DNA from: Setoptus koraiensis
Lineage: Eukaryota; Animalia; Arthropoda
Length of the DNA stretch: 63,718 nt
Assembly: GCA_048013815.1 (NCBI GenBank)
Contig: CM106586.1
Location: forward strand, 10,044,001 to 10,107,718
Direction of reading: 5' to 3'
How positions within the stretch are numbered: the first letter of the stretch is position 1; every line of letters begins with the position of its first letter. The translations under genes were made by a program, and so were the position numbers. This document shows, one piece after another, positions 1 through 10,000 of the stretch. A model generated the notes under the pieces. It saw only the letters and a program-made list of their open reading frames with translations. It was not told where the DNA came from and did not search any database.

Positions 1-1276
1 GCTTAGACTGAGCCTTCTTTGCCATGGCGCAAATACCCACTATGACTTGTTGATGTGACTTATCGTAATCATCTTCATCGACTGATTGATTATCCGTAGA
101 AACATCATCGGACTTATCAGTAGTATGGTCATTTCTGAACTGAGAACTGTCCTCACCAGCCGAATCTCCGGCTTGAAGGTTTATAGGGGTTGCTGGTGAG
201 TTTTCACTCGGTTGGTGCTCTACATCGGCAGAGCTGCTACCTGCCTCGGTGTCAGCAATTGTATTAAATTTAAGAAAATCTATCAATTTACGTAAGCCAA
301 ACAAATATTTTTCGTCTCTGGAATCACTATTGACGGGGTGCAGATGGAATACATGAGCAAAGTCAATCAAAGCTAATCGCACAGATTGTTCAACATCGTC
401 TGATGAAGAATCATACACGATGAGTATGGACGATGAAATGAATTGTAATTGACCGACATTGTAATTGAAGAACCATGATTCAATGTCGTCAAGTTTTTTC
501 ATCACTCGATCTATTGTCTTGTGCCTGTTCTCACTGGATTCTATTGCCGAGAAGAAGCTGTAGAGAGCCTCTGATAGTTGATTATGGCTCAGCAACGTCC
601 TGCCGTAATGCTTGTCTTTGTCTAATAAAATTTCACCATTGCTTGAGGTTACTTTCATTCCTAGAATACGAAAACCAAATTCAGATAGCTTGCTATATTT
701 ATTGGACTCTTCGAGAATTTTCTCTCTTGTTGCATTTGGATCATATGTAACCTGGCCTATTTTGATGTCGATGACACAAGGTGTCAAGCAATGAGCAGTG
801 AGATCCTCCAGGCTTAGAAAAAGAGATGGATGATCACTAACTGAGTCTCCTTCTTCTGACATTTCCTTATCTTGATTGTATACTAGGCGACATATGCCCT
901 TATATTGTGGCACGTGCTTGACCAATTTCAACAATGCTTGCTTGTCCAATAAACAGGAACAACAACTGTTTAGATCACGAATTTTAAACAAATCCATATT
1001 GCTATAACTATAATTTTCACTGCTGCTAATTTCTCTATCACAATCGTCGGGGAAATTGGTTTGACTTGGATCCGAAGAAAGGTTTTCCTCCAGTTTGGAC
1101 AACTTGTCTAGTAGCTCATAGAAATATATCTCTCGCTGGCTTCGGACATCCGTCAAGGTTATGGGCTTAAGAATGTGCTTGGTAGTCTTGCAACGATAGA
1201 AGCCATCGTGTCCTGCCACCTGATACTGGCTACATTCGACATCATCGAACATGATATCATGAGATATTTTCATCAT
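1..1276 (-). CDS. IPMK: Inositol polyphosphate multikinase (IPK family), 3' end beyond the left edge of the window
   Basis: Manual minus-strand translation from ATG at 1276 stays open to position 1: MMKISHDIMF...YQVAGHDG...TPCVIDIKIGQVTYDPNA (PxxxDxKxG)...FISSSILIVYD...LALIDFAHV...YLFGLRKLIDFL. An in-frame TAA lies upstream near 1338. Missing from the ORF track because no stop lies inside the window. Confidence 0.88.
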   Translation of the reverse strand, partial: MMKISHDIMFDDVECSQYQVAGHDGFYRCKTTKHILKPITLTDVRSQREIYFYELLDKLSKLEENLSSDPSQTNFPDDCDREISSSENYSYSNMDLFKIRDLNSCCSCLLDKQALLKLVKHVPQYKGICRLVYNQDKEMSEEGDSVSDHPSLFLSLEDLTAHCLTPCVIDIKIGQVTYDPNATREKILEESNKYSKLSEFGFRILGMKVTSSNGEILLDKDKHYGRTLLSHNQLSEALYSFFSAIESSENRHKTIDRVMKKLDDIESWFFNYNVGQLQFISSSILIVYDSSSDDVEQSVRLALIDFAHVFHLHPVNSDSRDEKYLFGLRKLIDFLKFNTIADTEAGSSSADVEHQPSENSPATPINLQAGDSAGEDSSQFRNDHTTDKSDDVSTDNQSVDEDDYDKSHQQVIVGICAMAKKAQSK

Positions 1277-1974
1277 ATCACGAGAGACTACTAAGAGTCT
1301 CCGGGCCAGCTGTCTTTGTGTAATGTACTTAATAAATTACTCCACTACCCTGAATGGGATAATGATTTGGCTAAAATTGGTGGCACATCGTTTGCTGTTG
1401 TACTAATATAATGCTAATAATAAATAATAATGTTAATGATGATAATGGTGACAGCTAAATTTGTTTGTTAACCACACCGTACATGCTACAACAATGTGAT
1501 TATTTACATACGTAAATAATAAAAAACAAACATATTCAGTGCAAGCTAGCCAAGGGTGTCTCATATAGTTTCACACGAGATGCAATATGTTCACGAGAGG
1601 CCGCTACGGTTGCCAATAACGATATCACTTTAGCGTCGTTTGCTGCGCTAGACATGCAGCGATTGTGGCCCGCAAGTTGAACTAAAAACACCTTGTTCTC
1701 TTTTCGCAAGAGGGCGCGTGTGCTCAGACTTCGTCATGTTCACTGTGAACAGTTCACATGTGTGTGTGCGCGGTTCTCTCAGAAAAAATAAAAGTAAAAA
1801 TAAAAAAACATGTGTACTCAACATCGCAAGATCAAGTGCGATCAGGGGAAGAAAGAATCGTTGTTTATTTCCATATCTTGTATACATTATTATCATTATT
1901 GTTGTTACATAATCATAACATAAACACAATTGATTTACAGCTCAATTTACATTTAATTTAAATTTGAAATTGCC

Positions 1975-2892
1975 ATGTCAGATGAAATCGCCATGTCAGA
2001 TGAGAAAAAGAAGCCAACATGCATGATCATAATGGGTATGGCCGGCTCGGGGAAAACCACATTCGTTCAGAAATTAGCGGAGCATCTCTATCAAAATAAA
2101 CGCCCAGGTTACTTGATAAATCTTGATCCAGCCTGTTACGACTTGCCCTATCCAGCCAATGTAGATATCAGAGACACCATAAACTACAAGCGAGTCATGA
2201 AGGAATATGAGCTAGGTCCGAATGGAGCCATCATAACATCTCTAAATTTGTTTGCAACAAAATTCGATCAGATAATATCTCTCATATCACAACGGAGCGA
2301 AGAGCACGACCACTTCATATTGGACACCCCAGGACAGATTGAGGTATTCAATTGGTCTGCCTCGGGTATGATCATCACAGAGAGTTTGGCATCTCAATTT
2401 CCAACTGTTGTTGTTTATGTGATGGACATTGTTAGAAATCTCAATCCGGCAACGTTTATGTCCAACATGCTTTATGCCTGCTCCATTCTTTACAAAACAA
2501 AACTACCACTCGTTGTTGTCCTTAATAAGATTGACATCCAGGATTGCGAATTTGCCATTGAATGGATGCAAGATTTCGAAAAATTCCAGGAAGCCTTGGA
2601 GAGTGAGACGAGCTACATCTCGAATTTAACCCGATCTTTGTCTCTTGTGTTGGACACGTTCTATAGGGACCTCAAATCTGTTGGCGTTTCCTCGATAACA
2701 GGCGCAGGTTTGGATGAGTTTTTGGTCCATCTTGATAAGGCCGCTCAAGAGTACAGTAAAATTTACAAGCCTGAGTACGAAAGACTCATGTCCGAGGCCA
2801 AAAAACGTAAGGATGAGGCAACGACAGATGAAGGTGAGGCAGCGACCGACGAGGGCGAGGCAGCGACCAATGAAGGCGAGACATCGAAATAA
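1975..2892 (+). CDS. GPN1: GPN-loop GTPase 1 (XAB1/Npa3), single exon, 305 aa
   Basis: [10 protein letters not shown]-loop, NLDPA, DIRDT, LGPNG GPN loop, DTPGQIE, NKID; typical GPN1 context [12 protein letters not shown]. Confidence 0.95.
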   Translation: MSDEIAMSDEKKKPTCMIIMGMAGSGKTTFVQKLAEHLYQNKRPGYLINLDPACYDLPYPANVDIRDTINYKRVMKEYELGPNGAIITSLNLFATKFDQIISLISQRSEEHDHFILDTPGQIEVFNWSASGMIITESLASQFPTVVVYVMDIVRNLNPATFMSNMLYACSILYKTKLPLVVVLNKIDIQDCEFAIEWMQDFEKFQEALESETSYISNLTRSLSLVLDTFYRDLKSVGVSSITGAGLDEFLVHLDKAAQEYSKIYKPEYERLMSEAKKRKDEATTDEGEAATDEGEAATNEGETSK

Positions 2893-2897
2893 ATAAA
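2888..2897 (+). terminator. Tandem AATAAA polyadenylation signals overlapping the GPN1 stop codon
   Basis: AATAAA at 2888-2893 and 2892-2897; the TAA stop is 2890-2892. Confidence 0.6.
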
Positions 2898-2921
2898 TAC
2901 TGCATATGTACATATACATCC

Positions 2922-4058
2922 TCAAATACGAGTGTCTTGACATTTGATATTATATTGCCAGTCACATATGCGCAATTTGGCATTGAAGATTGTGCCCGTC
3001 GGACAGAGAAAACTGTATTTTCTGTTGCTGGAGCAAAGATGCCATACTTGACAGCCTGTTTTGTAGTCAGCAAATACGCCAGATATAAACTTGCCTTGCT
3101 TGTCGGTACATTCAAAGTCTGTCTTGGGGATGGTGTTCAATGTCGTTGACTTATCTCCTGTATCTGATGATGCTTGAAAATTGTCGCTTGAAGCGTCGCT
3201 GAAATCGGGCGCCACAGACACTTTACGTTCGCTTGCGTCAGTATTAAGTAAACCGAGTCTGGCCTTAATTAGGTTGGCCTTTTGAGGACTTAGAACAACA
3301 GACCTGGGCTTGACATCGGACAAGTCCGACGATGATCTGGCCGATGTTGATGCAATCGGTGGTCTACCATTCTGTCCTGTCTGTTGTTGATTGTTATTTA
3401 TGCCTCCTTTTCTTCTAGAGAATACCTCATTTGTCGTTGAGGACGAATCCAAATCTTTGCTCAACAGTGATAAAGACGGTTTTGGTATGTATCCGTTGAG
3501 ACTGTACTTAGCAGGCCTCATTGGTTTCATTAATAATTTGGGCACCTTCTTAGTTGACACTTGATCCTGTTGCTGCTGCTGTTGCTGCTGATTTGTTCTA
3601 GTCTCTGCATCTCTGCTACTGAATTGACTGCGTTTGGCACCTTGATAGAGATTAGAATTGTCAGGGGTGTTGCCAATTAAGCTGGTGAACATGTGACTCG
3701 GTTTGCTATTTGCCGTTATATCCATGTTTGGCGCGCTAGTGGTGCTAGGCTCAGAGAAAGATGCCTTACGCTGGCTAGCTTGTTCGTCCATGAGCTTGGC
3801 TCCATTATCGTTGTTGCCGGTCATTAGATAGGCGCCATTTGATTGTTGTTGTTGCATGAGGGTCTTATTATGCAATTGCATCGCTGATAATAATTGAATG
3901 TTTTTCTCGTTCATCATGTAAGTCGCTGCAGCATCGGCGAGTGATTTGTTTTTGCTTATCATCAGATCCATCAATTCTCTTTGTTGCTGAGGCTTCATCA
4001 TTGATATGAGAACGCGATAATAATTCGACGACTGTATCAGGCTCTCCAATCTCCGTCT
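2922..4058 (-). CDS. Exon 4 (last) of the CPAP1-like gene; contains the CBM14 domain
   Basis: TDFECTDKQGKFISGVFADYKTGCQVWHLC...SFLCPTGTIFNAKLRICDWQYNIKC: six Cys in ChtBD2 spacing. Acceptor aacaacag|AGA is the first AG after TACTAAC at 4230-4224. Confidence 0.88.
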   Translation of the reverse strand, partial: RRRLESLIQSSNYYRVLISMMKPQQQRELMDLMISKNKSLADAAATYMMNEKNIQLLSAMQLHNKTLMQQQQSNGAYLMTGNNDNGAKLMDEQASQRKASFSEPSTTSAPNMDITANSKPSHMFTSLIGNTPDNSNLYQGAKRSQFSSRDAETRTNQQQQQQQQDQVSTKKVPKLLMKPMRPAKYSLNGYIPKPSLSLLSKDLDSSSTTNEVFSRRKGGINNNQQQTGQNGRPPIASTSARSSSDLSDVKPRSVVLSPQKANLIKARLGLLNTDASERKVSVAPDFSDASSDNFQASSDTGDKSTTLNTIPKTDFECTDKQGKFISGVFADYKTGCQVWHLCSSNRKYSFLCPTGTIFNAKLRICDWQYNIKCQDTRI

Positions 4059-7000
4059 CTGTTGTTGGCGTTGTTGTTGTTGGTGGTGTTGTTGTTGTTG
4101 GTGGTGGTGGTGGTGGTGTTGTTATTTGTGTTTGATGGTTGCGAGATGGGCGCACAAAGGAGCCAATGAAGGGAGACGTTCAATGCATGTTGCATTGGAC
4201 AAGTTGGTCAACAGGTAGGCACAGTTAGTATTGTAGTATACACTAGGTAGCATAATTAGAATCACAACCATTAAGCGCCTGTTGCATCATGCAACTTGCA
4301 TGTGATGAGATACTTACGTCTTTCTTCGGGTGACGGAACAACACTATTGCATTACTTCCATGGGCATTTATGGCGCCTAGATTGGTCAGTGGCTTCCTTT
4401 CTGTAGCGGTGGTAGCGCTATCGTCAGATCGTCTATCCGATTGCTGTTGTTGCTGCTGCATTGTTGCTCGGTCGTTGTTGTCCGGCGAGCTGCTCGATGT
4501 GAAGCTCCTCGCTCTGCTCTTCCTACTCACAATATCCTCGTTGCGGTGTTGCTCTCCGCTAGCGTTGGACTCTGCATTAACTCGTATCATTATGGGACTA
4601 GGGAACAGCGACACACCGTGCGAATGATTTTTCACCTGTTCGGGGGCCGCATCAGCAGCGGAGGCTGGTGGCTGGTGTTGCTTGTGACGATTCTTGAAAA
4701 ACTGTCTCGGTTGACCAAGTGCGTTCAATAGGCCCAATGTGTTATATTGTTGCTCCGACGGGCCATTGTCGCCGTGTTTCCGGCGCAATCTTATTATTGG
4801 TTTGTTGGAATCTTCAGCATTGGCGGCCGATGCGGTTGCATTTGTTTCTGCGTCTGTCTCGGTCGCTACAACGGTCGCCGGTTCTGTCTGTTTCTTTGCC
4901 GCTGCTGCTGCTGCTGTTGCTGGTTCGTCGTCATAAGCGCCGCCATTGTCACCGTTATCGTCAGTGTCTAGGCGCGACGGCTTCGTCGTGATCGACTTGT
5001 GAGTGGTTTGATGATCGACATACGGCCGATTGTTGTTGCTGGCATTAGCATTGTTGTTGGCGTTTTGTGTAGCGGTGGCACCCCGCAACACAATTGACGA
5101 CGACGACGACGAGCCGGCTATCTTTGTGGCGATGGGCTTTATTTGAACATAATTGGAGCTAGCTCGTTCTTTCAAAGCGGGTACCTGGTCATATTTACGC
5201 AACGACGACGATTCATTATCTGGCTCGTTGTCCTCTGAACTAAAGAGCTCTTTGGCAGCGTTATTGCTTATTATGGTGGTTGTTGTTGTTGTGGCGGCCG
5301 CTGGCAGATTGTCAATTGTTGTTGCATTGGCGGCATTTAACGACGCTGCGTTGCCATTGTAAAATGGAAACTTCTTGAGATCTGGCTTCCTCTTGAAATG
5401 GAACAACTTTATGTTGCCACTGGTGGCCGAGCCACTTTCTTCGCCGCTCGATTTAAGGCTGGCGCGCTTCTTGCCGGCCAGAGTGGCCACGATGGCCTGA
5501 TCATGATCTTTGACACTCGCTGCTGACATCCCTGTCGAGCCCTTGTTGTTTGCTGATTTATTGGATGACGGCCCGCCCGGGTGTAGCTGTTGCTGCTGAT
5601 TGTGATACCGTTTGCGTTTGGTGGCCCTCACAGTTGTGCTGGTCTTGGGTTTTGGCGTTGTTGTGGTTGTTGTGGTTGACGTGGTAGTTGATGGTGTTGC
5701 ATCGTCTGTAGTGGTGGTGGTCAGGTCGCTGTCGTCGGTTGACTCGCTGTCCACAGTGATTTCTCTGACGGTGGTTGTCTCAGATTCGGGCTCAACTGTT
5801 GTTGTGGCCGTGGAATTGTTGTTGTTGTTGTTTCGCGACTGCTGCTGTTTCAGCTCAGACGCCATCAGAATGGCCGCCGCCGTTGAGGCCACTGTGGGCG
5901 TCGGCGGCTGGGGCACCTGTCTCGCCAACGAGGAGCCATAATCCGCCGACTCGACGTTCAGTCGGCCCTCGGCCAGATGATGGTTGTGCGAGGCAGTTGT
6001 TGTGACATCGTCCGCCACTGTTGTTGGGCTTGCTGTTGTGGTGGGATATTCTTTCATGCTCCACAGCTTGTTGTTTGACTTTTTGCTTGTTTGACTTTGA
6101 GCTGTCAAATCGTTTGCCATCAGCAGTGCAGCGCTGGCCGGCCGCATAGTGGTCAATGGGTGATAATGGTGCTGCTGCTGCTGATGCGATTGGTTGTTGA
6201 ACGACGACGAGCTGCTGACCACAGACGATGACGATGTGACAGTTATGAGCACATTGGTGCCATTGTGCAACGTAGTCACCCGCTTCACGCTGGTGCTGGG
6301 CGCATTTGTGATGCCGATGGAAACGGGGTACTGGCCGGCGGGCTCGCTGGGGAAATTGCTGGCCGTCTGAGCCGGGCCGGAAGGCTGCTTTTGCTGCTGG
6401 ACGGCCTTCTTGTGTTTTCGGTGCTTCTTTGGGGCGCCCGCTTCGGCCAGCGGCAACGCGGCTGGCGTGGTGGTGGTGGGCCTGAGCTGTCGTTCGGCGG
6501 CCACGGGCTCAAGTGGGGGCAAAACTGTGGTTGTGGTTGTTGTGGAGGGCGCCGCTGTTAAATCGAGGCCGGCACCCGCCGGATCGTCCTGAGCTGCAAT
6601 CACGCTCCTTGGGGCCGATTCGCTGGCCAATTTCTGGCCGTCGCGCCACGATTGTTGACTGTTGCTGTGTTGTGCAGCAGTTGTTGTGTCGGCGCTGGCG
6701 GATTTAATTGGCTGCTGTGCGGTTGTCGGGTGCGAAGCGGACACAATGTGCCGCTTGGAGCCGTCAGTTGTGGTCATCATGTCATACTCTTTCACAATCA
6801 TCGGGTACCCGCTAGACTGTTGCGTTGGCTTAACAGCGGGCTGGCTGTCAATGGGCGCCTTACGCAACACCTGATTATAGTAGCTCTGCAAGAATGACAC
6901 CGATCCCGCGGACGATGGCGATGCGGACGCCTCAACGGGCCAAAATTTGACCATTCGTTCCTGTGACACCAGCGGCTCTAGCTGATATTGATTTTTAACC

Positions 7001-10000
7001 AGCGAGCTGGCCTGTTGGTCGCCCAGCCAAAACTCTGCAAGCGGCACCTGAATGCGACCGGATTGAGCGGTTGGTGGCGGCGGCTGATGTTGCCTGTTGT
7101 TGATGTTGGCCACTGGCTGTGGCAGCCGGCTCTCTAACGGTTTGTTTGCATTCTAAAAATAGCCACCAGGAGATGGATTAAAACAATTGTGTGGAGGAAA
7201 AAATATTCAAGCGTAAGATTATTGTAATTTTCTTGGATGATTGTGTCGGATTGGATTTAGCGGTTTTTGTACAGCGCCCGCTCAAATGAGAAAGTCAAAT
7301 GAGAATGAGTCAGTTGGTGGCAGCGGCGAATGGCGTTCAAGAACGAATCACCAACAACAATCAAATGGGAGAGAGATAATCCATTGCAACTGGCAACAAT
7401 CGAATTGCAAATTGCGATGCGGCTGACCCTGGCCGCCCGTACCGTAGGCATCGTATCGCATGGATGCAAATTTCGCTGACGAGACGCCATTGTTATGCCG
7501 CCTTGCCAAGATATTGTTACGAGATAGATAAGTCACTGTTGTGTTCAATTGATGCTTGCGCGCAACAACACACAATTTTCAAAACAACGATTGACTGATA
7601 AACAATTTGGCTAATTGTCGATTGGGCAAATTTAGCAAAATTGTTTATCAAAATGACTGTCGGGCAGTGATTGAAAGATTGAAATGGCCACAGTGAACAA
7701 TTGTAACAATTTGCCGTTAACTGTTATCCGCCAAACTGTTACCCAGTCGTCATTAGCATTGATCCGCTGCTCGCGATACACACACACGCACACGAATACT
7801 GTATTCGGAATACAGTTTAAAACAGTTTGTAAAACGAATTACATTCAAGGATGGCGGCGTGTGCCGAAACTGGGGGCGATTTTGATCGTTTTAAAATAAT
7901 TTTCGCTTATAATTCAAAACTATTGGGCTAAATCAATACAATTGGCACGCACTGTAGCTAATTAGTTAAATTCGCGCGAGCCGCGCTCATGACACGACAC
8001 GACGACGACGACAGGTATCGACAGGGCAATTATCTGGCTGTCAAATAAATGCTAGAAACAGCCGAGCGGCCCGAAACAGAGGACGAAAAGGCAAAAGGAC
8101 GCCACCCAGTCAGCCAGAAATATCTCTACTGCATCTGATGGTGCGAGCGTCTGACTGTCGAGTTTGTGCCAGGTTTCCTTGTTAGTTAGGCTGGCGAGAG
8201 AATTAGCCCGTTTGAAGCTGTTATTTTTAGCCGTTATTGTGTTCCGCCGCTGTTGGCTGTATGGCGCCGTCGTAACAAGCTAACGAGATATCAGTGGAAC
8301 CTTGGCTTTGATATATGCCTTCGCACACATTGTGAGGGGATACATTGTGAGATTGTAAATTGTATGATTCAATTTGGCTCGGCTCGGCTCGGCTCGCTGG
8401 TTGGCCGGCTAAATAGATGAGTGAAAATAGATTAGTCAAGATTGTAACAAGATAACATCGGCAAGATAGCAGCTGAATTGCAGCCAAACGCTTACAAATA
8501 TGCTGTGCTCGCTGTGTTCCCATGCAACAATGCACAACATACAACAAAATAGAAACAAAAATATGAATCGGCCGCCCTGTTCAATTGTTATTATTTTGTT
8601 ATTTTGTCCCTTGTTACAGATGACCCCAAAAAGGGTACAGTTGTCCATTGTTTCATGTTATTAGCCGCTCGTCTCCCGCATCCAATTATTTAGAAACGGC
8701 CGGCGGAGTGCGCGCCCGACCAGGTTAATTAGCGCCGGTATCACTCCCATCATGCGACTATGATATGACTATGATACGACTATGATATGACTATGATGGG
8801 AGTCCTATGACTCACCAGTGGCCCACTGGCAGTGGGTCAACAAATGAAAACGGCGAGCTTTTATTCTTTTCGAGCGCACACTTTTCAAATTGGATTTTTG
8901 ATACATTTTTGGGCTTCAGACACTTTCGGCTCGAAAGTTTCGAGCCGAAAGTTTAGACTTGCACACACACACACGGATTGACACTGGCTACATGCGTCTC
9001 ATAAATGTTGCTAATGATAGTTATTGCGTTCAGCTCGAACCGATCACCGGCAGCTGCTCATTTCAATGGCTCTGCCAGCCAGAGTCTGGCTGGCCTAATT
9101 AACGCTGTCGCTAATTACTGCCCGCGTTGGGCGACCGTCTGGCTGACTTTTGCGAAACAAAACGTGGGCCGTGACAAATAATCACTTGCAGTGCAAATAA
9201 AGCATAACTGCAATATTGATTATATATCATTATTGATATATAGCCATACTGACATGTAGTGATATCGATATGCAGTGATATTGTTGATATAGCGAGCGAG
9301 CGGTGGCGCCGGTTAATGGCTACTGTTTGAAATAAAGTTGATCAAGACGGTAATTAAAAAATAAAACATTTCGAGAACATAATTTCTGAATGTCAGTTCT
9401 GATGAACTGAACCTCTGATAAACTGAACCTCTGATAAACTGAACCCCTGATAAACTGAACCTCTGATGGGTTTGCCTTTATGTGCCGGCTTGCGCTCGCG
9501 CTGCCGATTTATGTGACCAATCACGGACTCTGACAGTCACAGTGTGACTATCACTTCGACCCTGAAAACGCTTTGCAACCCGTACCTGTCAATGATGGTT
9601 GTCGATGATAGTTGAGCGACTGGCTACCGGCGCTTGAAACAAACAACGTGCCCACGTCAGATATGCAAATATTATCCTGCATGATTAGCGTATCGATTAG
9701 TTAGTCAGTAAGTTAACTGTAAAGTAAGTTTGACTGTGCCCGTGCCCGATCGCACTGTCAGCGAGCAACTGGCACTTGTTAAAATGTGTCCAAGTGACTA
9801 AATATTAATTTTAACTTTTAATAGCTACGCAGGCGCCTCACCTGTAAACACGGCCATTTGTATCCTGTTTAAAAAGGTTGATTGGACACACTTCCGACAC
9901 AAACAACAACATATAACAACATATAACTCTTGTCGAGCTTGCGCCACACAACTTATCATATTGGTAATATCAATGGCTTGCAACAGGGCCGATGTGGCCC

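Noticed and set aside
3868-4155. T/P-rich ORF as the true start of exon 4
   Set aside because: It is out of frame with CBM14; the first AG after the branch point restores the CBM14 frame without needing it.
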